Assembly: GCA_034180045.1 (NCBI GenBank)
Contig: JAXFOY010000019.1
Coordinates: 6,944 to 70,943, forward strand
Length of the DNA: 64,000 nucleotides
DNA from: Eubacterium sp.
GTDB lineage: Bacteria > Bacillota > Clostridia > Peptostreptococcales > Anaerovoracaceae
Direction of reading: 5' to 3'
Notes under the pieces: model-generated
Told to the model about the DNA's origin: nothing
The model's input: only the letters and a program-made list of their open reading frames with translations
Database searches by the model: none
Made by a program: the position numbers and the translations under genes
In this document: one piece after another, positions 17,795 to 27,101 of the stretch
How positions within the stretch are numbered: position 1 is the stretch's first letter
Layout: each line of letters opens with the position of its first letter

Positions 17795-18809
17795 TTTATT
17801 AAATGAAAATATAGAAAAAGCTATGAAAGAGTTCGGCGTAAGGCTGATAAACGATGCCGAATATGATGAATACATCTCAAATGAAAATGCAAAATGGCGC
17901 AGTGAATATGTAAGGCAAGGAGATTTTAAGTCTTTTGACGGTCTAAACCTCAGATATTACAACGCATTTCAGCCGAAGGGGGAAACTTCTCAGGGATGCA
18001 TTGTCATAGTTCACGGATACTGCGGATTCTGGGGAAAATTTCACGAGATTGCGCATTATTTTTGGCAAGCGGGCTATGAGGTTTTCTTTCTTGAGCAGAG
18101 AGGGCACGGTTACTGCGGCAGGCAGACGGACGATAAGGATATGGTTCATGTGGGCGACTATTCTGATTATGTAAAGGATGTGAAGCTGCTCATGGATAAT
18201 GTGATTTTACCGTCCATAGGAAATATTCCATGCATACTGTTTTCACATTCTATGGGCGGCGCCATAGGGACGCTTTTTATGGAAGAACACCCGGGCTATT
18301 TTGAAGGCGCCGTTTTGAGTTCTCCCATGTTCAGCATCAAAACCGGAAAAATTCCCAAGATTGCCGTATATCTGCTGCGTGCAAAGGTTAAGCTTTTCCG
18401 TCAGGAACTTCAGCCTTTTCCGGGAGGAAAGAGATTCGACGGAATTCCCGTATTTGCAAGCAGCAGCACAAGGTCGGAAGTAAGATATAACTACATATTT
18501 AATCAAAGATTAAAAGATGAACATTACCATACATACATGTTTTCAAACGGCTGGGGATGTGCTAGCTTCAGAGCCACGGGTAAGGTTTTGAAAAACGCAG
18601 CTAAAGTGAAGATTCCCGTTTTGATGTTTACATCGGGAAACGACTCATTTGTGAATATGGACGGAGCGGAGATATTTAAGAAGAGAGCAGCCTGCGTCAA
18701 ACATATTCACTTTGAAGAGGCAAAGCATGAACTTTTCAACGATACAGATGAGGTTAGAGCGGTATATTTTAATAATATATTTGATTTTGTTAAGACGATT
18801 AGATTATAA
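17787..18809 (+). CDS. Alpha/beta hydrolase, lysophospholipase L2 (PldB)/monoglyceride lipase-like
   Basis: VHGY, EQRGHG, nucleophile elbow SHSMGG, D..V, KHELF. Confidence 0.85.
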   Translation: MSNLLNENIEKAMKEFGVRLINDAEYDEYISNENAKWRSEYVRQGDFKSFDGLNLRYYNAFQPKGETSQGCIVIVHGYCGFWGKFHEIAHYFWQAGYEVFFLEQRGHGYCGRQTDDKDMVHVGDYSDYVKDVKLLMDNVILPSIGNIPCILFSHSMGGAIGTLFMEEHPGYFEGAVLSSPMFSIKTGKIPKIAVYLLRAKVKLFRQELQPFPGGKRFDGIPVFASSSTRSEVRYNYIFNQRLKDEHYHTYMFSNGWGCASFRATGKVLKNAAKVKIPVLMFTSGNDSFVNMDGAEIFKKRAACVKHIHFEEAKHELFNDTDEVRAVYFNNIFDFVKTIRL

Positions 18810-19001
18810 ATGTAATCGTCTTCTTTGCTAATAAGCGAATAATAAGAAATCGGAAGAACAGGGCTATGGTAAGCTGTCTAAAATAAGCTCACGACATGTC
18901 TTTGAACCGAGCAAAAATAATATCGGAATCCGGTATCGGCCTTGATACATATCGGATATAATAGAGAAAAGTTATAGAATACACTGAGCGCAAGCTCACG
19001 C

Positions 19002-20975
19002 ATGGCGAAAGCCTTGAGGCAGGATATTATGAACAGAAAAGCTAAGTCGAAGAAAAAAAGAAAATTGCTTGAGGGCGTCATACGAAAAGCAAAGGGCGGA
19101 TTCGGTTTTCTCGAACACGAGGACTACGAAAAAGATATTTTCATCAGAAGAAGTCATATGAAGGATGCGATGGAAGGCGATGTCGTAGAGGTGGAACTCA
19201 TCCCCATGCCGCTTTGGGAAAACGGACCGGAGGGTTTTGTTGTAAATGTAAAGGAAAGATCCGTTATCAAGGTGGTAGGAACGCTTGACAAAAGCGGTAA
19301 AAACGGTTTTCTAATTCCTATGGAAAACAGACTGAAAGAAGATATTTTCATTCCACATAAATGGCTTCACGGAGCAAGGCACGGAGATAAGCTCATAGTA
19401 AAGATAAAAAGATACCCAAGCGAAGACCGGCTTGCCGAGGGAGAGGTTGTGGAAATAATCGCAAAAGCAGATGATTCCGATAAGGATATAAAGGCTATAA
19501 TCAGTGAGCACGGACTCATCAAGGAGTTTGCACCGGAAATAGAAAACGAAACTCGCAAGGTTTCAAAGCTGGTGATGGAGTACTTGGATATTAAGTCACG
19601 GCTGGATTTGCGAAATGAAGAGATAGTAACAATAGATGGAGCTTATTCTAAGGATCTTGACGATGGTGTGTCGCTAAAAATCAATGAGGCGGGTAACTAT
19701 GTTCTGGGGGTGCATATTGCCGATGTGAGTGAATTTGTACGCGAGGGAATGTCTTTGGACTGCGAGGCGCTGAAGAGAGGTAATAGCGTGTATTTGATAA
19801 ATCATGTAGTACCTATGCTGCCTACTCTTTTGTCAAATGAGCTATGTAGCCTCAATGAGGGCAAAGACAGGCTTACACTTAGTTGCATCATGGAGATGGA
19901 CAGGAATGCCAAGGTGGTGGACTACAAGATTTGCGAGTCTATTATACGGTCAAAGGCAAGACTTGTGTATGATGAAGTGTCGGATTTTATAGAATACGGA
20001 AAGTTAAGCGCCAAAGTGAAATCTCATGCCGAGATGCTATCAAATATGTGGCAGCTGGCTGAATGTTTAAGAGCATCAAGGGAAGCTCTGGGGAGTGTAG
20101 ATTTTGATATAGACGAGGCGGAGTTTGAAATAGACGAAAACGGAAGCCCGATTGATGTTTTTGCCTCAGAAAGACGAAGTGCAAACCGTCTTATAGAGGA
20201 ATTTATGCTCATAGCCAATAAAACGGTGGCGGAACATTATTTTTGGATGGAATATCCTTTTATTTATAGAGTTCACGAAAAACCTCTACCGGAAAAAGTC
20301 ATGGAATTAAAGGCTTTTCTAAAGGGCGTAGGGCTCTCCTTGCCGCTAAACGAGGGAAATGTACATCCCATGGCTTTAAGAAAGCTTCTTGAGGAGGCGC
20401 AGGAAAGCAATCTTATGTCGCTTGTCAGCACCGTTATGGTAAGATCTATGCAAAAGGCATACTACTCGCCTAAATGCCTTGGTCATTACGGGCTTGCTTT
20501 TAAGCAATATTGCCATTTCACATCACCTATTCGAAGATATTCGGATCTTTGGATTCACAGGCTGATAAAATATCAAATGCATTCAAGGCTGAACGCGGAC
20601 GAGCTTTCTGCTTACTACGATAAGGCAGAGGCGATTTCGAAAACGGTTTCCGACACTGAGCGCAAGGCAATCAGCATGGAACGCGAACTCGAAAAGATTA
20701 AGAAAGCTCAATATATGGAGAGGTGGATAGGATTTGAGGCAACAGGCGTAATTAGCGGAGTGACGGGATTCGGCTTCTTTGTCCAGCTCGAAAATACTGT
20801 AGAAGGGCTTGTAAGACTTGACTCGCTGACAGATGATTATTATGATTTCGACAAAGAGAATTTCAAGCTTATAGGCAGTGCAAAAGGTAAGGAATATCGC
20901 CTGGGAGACAGAGTAGATGTAATATGCACAAGGGTTGATACGCTTATCGGTACGATTGATTTTAGGCTCTGCTAG
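19002..20975 (+). CDS. rnr: Ribonuclease R (RNB family)
   Basis: CSD (GGFGFL), TIDG..SKDLDD, EEFML.AN, HFTSPIRRY.DL, C-terminal S1 domain. True start may be ATG 19029. Confidence 0.93.
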   Translation: MAKALRQDIMNRKAKSKKKRKLLEGVIRKAKGGFGFLEHEDYEKDIFIRRSHMKDAMEGDVVEVELIPMPLWENGPEGFVVNVKERSVIKVVGTLDKSGKNGFLIPMENRLKEDIFIPHKWLHGARHGDKLIVKIKRYPSEDRLAEGEVVEIIAKADDSDKDIKAIISEHGLIKEFAPEIENETRKVSKLVMEYLDIKSRLDLRNEEIVTIDGAYSKDLDDGVSLKINEAGNYVLGVHIADVSEFVREGMSLDCEALKRGNSVYLINHVVPMLPTLLSNELCSLNEGKDRLTLSCIMEMDRNAKVVDYKICESIIRSKARLVYDEVSDFIEYGKLSAKVKSHAEMLSNMWQLAECLRASREALGSVDFDIDEAEFEIDENGSPIDVFASERRSANRLIEEFMLIANKTVAEHYFWMEYPFIYRVHEKPLPEKVMELKAFLKGVGLSLPLNEGNVHPMALRKLLEEAQESNLMSLVSTVMVRSMQKAYYSPKCLGHYGLAFKQYCHFTSPIRRYSDLWIHRLIKYQMHSRLNADELSAYYDKAEAISKTVSDTERKAISMERELEKIKKAQYMERWIGFEATGVISGVTGFGFFVQLENTVEGLVRLDSLTDDYYDFDKENFKLIGSAKGKEYRLGDRVDVICTRVDTLIGTIDFRLC

Positions 20976-21088
20976 CCTGAAATGGCTCGGAATTCAACTG
21001 CTCATAAATACATACACACATGCAATAAATTGAAGCACATGTAAATACATAAAACAAGGCAGGCATGTACAAAAATAAAAACAAATAC

Positions 21089-21117
21089 TTGACATATGTA
21101 TTTTGATAGGATATAAT
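21089..21117 (+). promoter_or_regulatory. Consensus sigma-A promoter
   Basis: TTGACA at 21089-21094, 17 nt, TATAAT at 21112-21117. Confidence 0.75.
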
Positions 21118-21287
21118 TTATATGAAAATTGATTAAATTATGTAAAATCGAGGTCAAGTTAATGGCGTGAATACGGGTGATGATTCCCAAATATATATTT
21201 ATATGTTAATATTCGCTTCCGGATCAGCTATGCTTATCGCAAGCAGGTTTGTGGAAAGAGAGAAAAACAGATAAAGTATTTTAGCAG

Positions 21288-21320
21288 ATGACATCAATGA
21301 GTTACGCTCATTGATGTCAT
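21288..21320. repeat. Perfect 14-bp hairpin in a long 5' leader
   Basis: ATGACATCAATGAG-ttacg-CTCATTGATGTCAT. Confidence 0.8.
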
Positions 21321-21381
21321 AGTGCCAAACAGAAAATTAGTTTTTTAATTATTCCAACTTAAAGTAAGGAGGATATTTTAT

Positions 21382-21978
21382 ATGAATAAATATTTCAAAA
21401 ACAAGAAACTCGCTTTTTCATTTATTATTGCATTTCTGATGGTATTTAATTCGGTTTTACTTTTGCCGCTATACGCTTATGCCGAAGAAGAAATCTCAAC
21501 GGAATTTGTTTCTGATAAACGAGAAGGCGATACTGCCCTTAATTCCGATGGGACAGAGTGCGTAGTCGGCAAGGATATTCGTATGACAAATTTGATTGTG
21601 TTGGAAAACGGTTTCTATGCAATTGTAGATGGAACAGAAAATACGGAGTTAAACACTCAGAACATTCAATTTCCGATATTGCAAGGATTTCCGGATAAAA
21701 CAAAAACAAAGTATTTCACACACAGGATATTTGATCGCAATGGTAACTTTATGGTGAACTTAACAACAGCCGTTACAGGTCTTTATTCGCAGGTTGATGG
21801 CGGTTCATCAAGAATACTAAGTATTTCAGGAAGTTTTTCGGGCGCATATGCAAATAACTTCTCTTATTCAACCGTGTTAAATGGAAGTACGGGAACGATA
21901 TATTTGTATTACAGGGGAATAAATGCAGGGGCAATTAAATACAGAATATATACTAACGGATATATTGGAGAAATATAA
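21382..21978 (+). CDS. Secreted hypothetical protein
   Basis: AAGGAGG RBS; Sec-type signal peptide (KNKK, hydrophobic core, AYA|EEE); no family recognised. Confidence 0.75.
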   Translation: MNKYFKNKKLAFSFIIAFLMVFNSVLLLPLYAYAEEEISTEFVSDKREGDTALNSDGTECVVGKDIRMTNLIVLENGFYAIVDGTENTELNTQNIQFPILQGFPDKTKTKYFTHRIFDRNGNFMVNLTTAVTGLYSQVDGGSSRILSISGSFSGAYANNFSYSTVLNGSTGTIYLYYRGINAGAIKYRIYTNGYIGEI

Positions 21979-22052
21979 TCGTCTCAAAGTAGCTGCCACA
22001 TTTATTTGAATGGCTACTCGTCAATATGAGAGTGATAAAACAAATGATTTTG

Positions 22053-22115
22053 ACAACCGGCAATATTGCCGGTTGTTTTGCTGCATAAGCAAAACCACGC
22101 GCCTAACGCGTGGTT
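22053..22115. terminator. Two tandem stem-loops between convergent genes
   Basis: ACAACCGGCAAT/ATTGCCGGTTGT (22053-22076) followed by T-tract; AACCACGCG-cctaa-CGCGTGGTT (22093-22115). Confidence 0.7.
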
Positions 22116-22173
22116 CAGTGTTTGTATTCTTAAGGCTGATACACGATTGTATGATTTTGAGGTATGTACCGCT

Positions 22174-23583
22174 CTATTTTATAGCTGTCATGTCCTTAAG
22201 GAACACCTTGTAGCACTTATATGCTTCGTATATATCAGCTTTGCTGGCGATTTCCCACGGGCTGTGCATGCACAAAACCGCAACTCCGCTATCAATAACA
22301 TTCATTCCGTAGTTTGCGAGGATATAAGCTATAGTTCCGCCGCCGCCCTCGTCAACCTTACCTAGTTCGGCAGTCTGAAAGCCAACCTTAGCCTCATCGA
22401 GAATAGAGCGTATTTTCGCCATATATTCCGCATTGGCATCGTTTGAATCATATTTTCCGCGTGAACCGGTGTACTTGTTGAAGCAGATTCCGTGTCCGCA
22501 GAAAGCCGCATTCTTACGCTCGAAAACGCTTTCGAATGACGGGTCAAAGCCTGCGCTTACATCTGATGAAAGCGCGCATGAGTTTCTCAAGGCTCTGCGA
22601 AGCTTTATTTCTGAAAATTCATCACATAAATTCATCATCTCGGCGAAGGTATCCTCAAAGAAATGAGACTGCATACCGCTGGCTCCGACACTGCCGATTT
22701 CTTCCTTATCCGAAAGAATGCAAAGAGAAGTGCGGCTTGGAGTTTCGCTGTCCATGATTGCGGCAAGTGAAGTGTATGCGCATACGCGGTCATCCTGCCC
22801 GTAGCCGATAACCATGCTCCTGTCAAATCCCAGGTCCCTGGCCTTTCCCGCAGGAACAACCTCAATTTCGGCTGATAGGAAATCATCCTCTTCGAAGCCG
22901 TATTTTTCTTTCAAAATAGCCATGATTCCGGCTTTGACTCTATCTTTTGCCGCATCTTTGTCCTCTTCATCAGTCGACAGAGGCTTGCTGCCAAGAAGTA
23001 CATCGAGTGCTTCACCTTCAATAACCACATTTGCTTTTTTGGTCATTTGATTTGCCGACAGGTGTATCAGCAGGTCGGTCACACAGAATACGGGATCGTC
23101 TTCGTCATCTCCTACTGCAATATTTATAACGCTTCCGTCTTTTTTTGCGACAACTCCGTAAAGAGCAAGCGGAATTGTCACCCATTGATACTTTTTGATA
23201 CCGCCGTAATAGTGGGTGTCTAAATATGCGAATTCAGAGCTTTCATAAAGGGGATTCTGCTTTATGTCAAGGCGTGGCGAGTCAATGTGAGCACCCAGTA
23301 TGTTTGTTCCGTTTTCTATGTTCTCCCTGCCTATAATGCCTAAAATCATAGTTTTGTTCATATGCTGAGCATAGAATTTGTCACCACAGCTTAGCTTTGC
23401 TTTGGATTTGATAAGTTCCTTAATATCTGTAAAGCCGTTTGCTTCAGCCATTTTGACAGCTTCGGCAACGCAGAGGCGCTCGGTCTTTGCCGTCGATATA
23501 AATCTTTTGTATTCCTCGGATAATTTATCGAGCTTTGCAAGCTCCGCTTCATTATATGTCGGCCATAAATTTTTGGTTTCCAT
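22174..23583 (-). CDS. apeA: M18-family aminopeptidase
   Basis: GAHIDSP, YGGIKKYQW, GQDDR, DKEEIGS, SSDV, MHSP metal-ligand motifs. Confidence 0.92.
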   Translation of the reverse strand: METKNLWPTYNEAELAKLDKLSEEYKRFISTAKTERLCVAEAVKMAEANGFTDIKELIKSKAKLSCGDKFYAQHMNKTMILGIIGRENIENGTNILGAHIDSPRLDIKQNPLYESSEFAYLDTHYYGGIKKYQWVTIPLALYGVVAKKDGSVINIAVGDDEDDPVFCVTDLLIHLSANQMTKKANVVIEGEALDVLLGSKPLSTDEEDKDAAKDRVKAGIMAILKEKYGFEEDDFLSAEIEVVPAGKARDLGFDRSMVIGYGQDDRVCAYTSLAAIMDSETPSRTSLCILSDKEEIGSVGASGMQSHFFEDTFAEMMNLCDEFSEIKLRRALRNSCALSSDVSAGFDPSFESVFERKNAAFCGHGICFNKYTGSRGKYDSNDANAEYMAKIRSILDEAKVGFQTAELGKVDEGGGGTIAYILANYGMNVIDSGVAVLCMHSPWEIASKADIYEAYKCYKVFLKDMTAIK

Positions 23584-23706
23584 AGTGATTCCTTTCTCTG
23601 TTAAATTATTTCACATACATTATATGTAATTTTCATTATGAATTCAATCTTCGCTATTCAAAAAAATGTCCGGCGGGAGTATAATTTATTATGGAGGAAT
23701 AGAATT

Positions 23707-24540
23707 ATGAACAAAGAGCTAATTAGAATAAATGAGAGTGTGATGCAGATTAAGGAAAAAATCGACTTTGTTCCCAAAATGGCAATCGTGCTGGGCTCCG
23801 GTCTTGGCGGATATACGAAGAATATTGATGTTGTGGCAGAACTTCCCTACAGTGAGATAGAGGGCTTTCCCGTATCAACAGTTCAAGGTCATGACGGCAG
23901 ATTTCTATTCGGTTATGTAAATGAATTTCCGGTAGTAGCGATGAAGGGCAGAATCCACTTTTATGAGGGATATGACATTGAAGAGGTAGTTTTACCTATC
24001 AGGGTCATGGGATGCCTCGGTGCAAAATACATACTTTTAACAAATGCAGCCGGTGGAATAGATTTGGATTTTACAGCCGGCGATTTGATGGCGATAAATG
24101 ATCACATATCAAGTTTCGTCAGAAGCCCTTTGATAGGAGAAAATCTTGATTATCTGGGAATCAGATTTCCGGATATGAGCAGGGTATATGATACCGAACT
24201 GCTTAATTGTATTCGCAGAGCGGCTGATTCTGAGGGATTTGGCATCAAAGAAGGCGTATATCTTCAGACGACGGGTCCGCAGTTTGAAACTCCGGCGGAG
24301 ATTAAAATGTTCAGAAATTTGGGCGCTTCCGCTGTAGGTATGAGCACCGTCGTTGAAGCCATTGCCGCTCACCATATGGGAATGCGGGTCTGTGGAATTT
24401 CGTGCATAAGCAATATGGCGGCAGGAATTTCGAATCAGCCGCTTAGTCACGGTGAAGTTCAGGAAACGGCTGACAGAGTGGCGCATAGATTTGAAAGTTT
24501 AGTTAGCGGTTTGGTAAAGGAAGTCGCCAAGATAGATTGA
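23707..24540 (+). CDS. punA: Purine-nucleoside phosphorylase (trimeric type)
   Basis: VLGSGLG, GHDG, GRIHFYEG, LTNAAGG, GPQFET.AE, GMSTV.E. Start refined by a GGAGG RBS. Confidence 0.95.
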   Translation: MNKELIRINESVMQIKEKIDFVPKMAIVLGSGLGGYTKNIDVVAELPYSEIEGFPVSTVQGHDGRFLFGYVNEFPVVAMKGRIHFYEGYDIEEVVLPIRVMGCLGAKYILLTNAAGGIDLDFTAGDLMAINDHISSFVRSPLIGENLDYLGIRFPDMSRVYDTELLNCIRRAADSEGFGIKEGVYLQTTGPQFETPAEIKMFRNLGASAVGMSTVVEAIAAHHMGMRVCGISCISNMAAGISNQPLSHGEVQETADRVAHRFESLVSGLVKEVAKID

Positions 24541-24590
24541 CAGCAATTATTTTTTATGACTCGGGTATTAAAGGCAGAAAGAGGGTAAAT

Positions 24591-25316
24591 ATGAGAAAAT
24601 CGGTTTTTATAACAGGCGGCTCAAGAGGAATAGGTGCAGCGTGCGTGGAACTGTTTTCAAAAGCCGGATATTCGGTAGCTTTTGCATATAGAAGTGATGA
24701 TGAGGCTGCAAAGAACCTGGCAAGCAGAACGTCCGCGCTTGCAATCAAGGCGGATGTGAGCAACGATGATGATATTTGCAAGGCATTTGATAATGCACGC
24801 ACATATTTTGGTATAAAAAGCTTTGATGCTGTGGTTTGCAACGCCGGAATTTCGGCTTCGGGGCTTCTTACGGATATGAACAACGAAGCGATAGAAAAAC
24901 TTATACGGATTAACCTGATAGGCACTATCAATGTCAGCAGGAAGGCTCTTAAGCATATGATAGAAGCAAAGAGCGGTTCCATCGTGATGATTTCGTCGAT
25001 GTGGGGACAGCGTGCCGCTTCGTGCGAAAGCGTTTATGCGGCGACAAAGGCGGGTATCATAGGTCTTGCGAGAAGTCTTGCTGCGGAGGCGGGACCTTCG
25101 GGAATCCGCGTTAATGTGGTGTCGCCGGGAGTGATTGATACGGATATGAACTGCGAGTACAGCGATGAGGATTTGTCTAATCTGGCTGACGAAACACCGC
25201 TTGGCAGGATAGGACATCCGAGAGAGGTCGCAGAGGCGGTATTTTATTTATCCGGTGAAAAGGCAAGCTTTATTAACGGGCAGGTATTGGGAGTGGACGG
25301 CGGATTCGCTGTCTGA
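24591..25316 (+). CDS. SDR oxidoreductase, FabG/YmfI-like
   Basis: TGGSRGIG, NAG, SSMWG..ASCES.Y...K (YmfI-like), PG.IDTDM. Confidence 0.85.
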   Translation: MRKSVFITGGSRGIGAACVELFSKAGYSVAFAYRSDDEAAKNLASRTSALAIKADVSNDDDICKAFDNARTYFGIKSFDAVVCNAGISASGLLTDMNNEAIEKLIRINLIGTINVSRKALKHMIEAKSGSIVMISSMWGQRAASCESVYAATKAGIIGLARSLAAEAGPSGIRVNVVSPGVIDTDMNCEYSDEDLSNLADETPLGRIGHPREVAEAVFYLSGEKASFINGQVLGVDGGFAV

Positions 25317-25331
25317 TTTGAAGAGGTTGAA

Positions 25332-27101
25332 ATGTCTTTTTTTGAAAGTATTTTATCAAAGATAGGAAATATGTTTTCGGACTTCGTAAATGTGGGCAGG
25401 GAACTTTTGAATTTGCCTGAGGGCTATGGTCTGCTTTACACTGCTATTGCAAGATGGGTCTTCATATTTTTGGCTATCTTTATTCTGGCAAAATCCATAT
25501 TTTCTTTGCTTGCGAGCAGAAGTCCGAACGAGGTTTGGGCATATTTCAATATAGATGACAAAATAAGTCACCCTATTACTCACTGGGAAAACCTGATAGG
25601 GAGATCAAAGAGCTGTGATTTGATTATCAAAGATGGAGCAGCTTCGCGAAGTCACGGAACTCTAAGCAGGGATGCCGAGGGAAACTGGAGCTATATGGAT
25701 TTGGGGTCAAGCAACGGTAGTATATGTGGCGGCGAAAAGCTCAAGAAAGGCGAAAAATGCTATATTGAGCCGGGCGACAGCATAGTTATAGGTAAAAGCA
25801 GGTGCACGCTGTTTCCTATCAGTTTGGAGGAAAGGCGGAATAATCAAAGGCTCAGAAAAGAAGAAACTTTTTTGCTTTCGCCATGGACTTCATTGCTGCT
25901 GCTTACACTTTTTCAACTGATGACGGTTATACAACTCAATGTTTCCTTAGGGGAATATTTCACAAGGCAAATTCCTATATCTTTTGCAGGGCTTTGCTGC
26001 ATGATGTGGATATATGTTATTGTGATGAGGAGCCTAAAACGCAAGAGTTTTGAAATGGAAACCATAGCTTTCTTTCTTTCGACATTGAGCCTTGCGGTAA
26101 CGGCGAGCAAATTTCCGGGGGCGGTATTTAAGCAGTTTGTAGCCATAGGTTTCGGTCTTGCATTATTTATTGCAATGTGCACCGTTTTAAGAAATATAGA
26201 CAGAAGTAAAGCCATAAGAAAATATCTGTACTTTGCTGCTGCTGGAATGCTTGTTTTTAACTTGCTTCTCGGTACGACAAAATTTGGTGCGGCAAACTGG
26301 GTAAGCGTAGGCGGTCTTTCGGTTCAGCCTTCTGAAATTGTAAAGCTTGCATTCATTTGGGTAGGAGCTGCTTCTTTGGACGAACTTATGGAGAAGAGGA
26401 ATTCAATTATATTTATGATTTTCTCGGGCTTTTGCTTCGTATGCCTGGCGCTTATGGGAGATTTCGGTACGGCTTTGATATTCTTTGTATCTTTTTTGGT
26501 TATATCATTTCTCAGAAGCGGCGACTTTACGAAACTGATATTAATCGTCGGAGTGGCATTTGTAGGCGGTTTGATGGTATTAAAATTCAAATCCTACGTA
26601 GCGGCGAGATTTGCAGCATGGGGGCATGTATGGGAATTTGCGGACGAAATGGGCTACCAGCAAACCAGGACCATGTCTGCTGCATCAAGTGGCGGCCTTA
26701 TAGGCGTAGGTGCAGGTGACGGCTGGCTTAAACATATTCCGGCTTCCGAAACCGATTTGGTCTTTGGGTTTATAACGGAGGAATGGGGTTTGATAATCGC
26801 GGTTCTGGCGATTTGCTCAATAGTCACGCTTTCGCTGTTTGCAGTTCGCTCGATTTGGGGAGGCAGGTCAACTTTCTATACGATTGCTGCCTGCTCTGCT
26901 ATGTCGCTTTTCCTTTTTCAAACCATGCTAAATGTGTTCGGATCTGTGGATTTATTTCCGCTTACAGGCGTAACTTTTCCGTTTTTGTCAAACGGCGGAA
27001 CCAGCATGGTGGCATCATGGGGCCTGCTCGCATTTTTGAAAGCCTCGGACACAAGGCAGAGTGCGAGCATAGCGGTATCAAATGAGGAGGCTTTGGTATG
27101 A
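25332..27101 (+). CDS. SEDS (FtsW/RodA/SpoVE) protein with N-terminal FHA domain
   Basis: FHA motifs GRSKSCD, SRSH, DLGSSNGS; SEDS motifs QPSEIVK, GDFGT, TDLVF...EEWG, TGVTFPFLSNGG. Confidence 0.92.
   Translation: MSFFESILSKIGNMFSDFVNVGRELLNLPEGYGLLYTAIARWVFIFLAIFILAKSIFSLLASRSPNEVWAYFNIDDKISHPITHWENLIGRSKSCDLIIKDGAASRSHGTLSRDAEGNWSYMDLGSSNGSICGGEKLKKGEKCYIEPGDSIVIGKSRCTLFPISLEERRNNQRLRKEETFLLSPWTSLLLLTLFQLMTVIQLNVSLGEYFTRQIPISFAGLCCMMWIYVIVMRSLKRKSFEMETIAFFLSTLSLAVTASKFPGAVFKQFVAIGFGLALFIAMCTVLRNIDRSKAIRKYLYFAAAGMLVFNLLLGTTKFGAANWVSVGGLSVQPSEIVKLAFIWVGAASLDELMEKRNSIIFMIFSGFCFVCLALMGDFGTALIFFVSFLVISFLRSGDFTKLILIVGVAFVGGLMVLKFKSYVAARFAAWGHVWEFADEMGYQQTRTMSAASSGGLIGVGAGDGWLKHIPASETDLVFGFITEEWGLIIAVLAICSIVTLSLFAVRSIWGGRSTFYTIAACSAMSLFLFQTMLNVFGSVDLFPLTGVTFPFLSNGGTSMVASWGLLAFLKASDTRQSASIAVSNEEALV

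Noticed and set aside
20976-21381. tmRNA or tRNA integration site after rnr
   Set aside because: No tRNA-like acceptor or T-arm (GGTTCGA...CCA) and no ssrA 5' motif; no integrase nearby.
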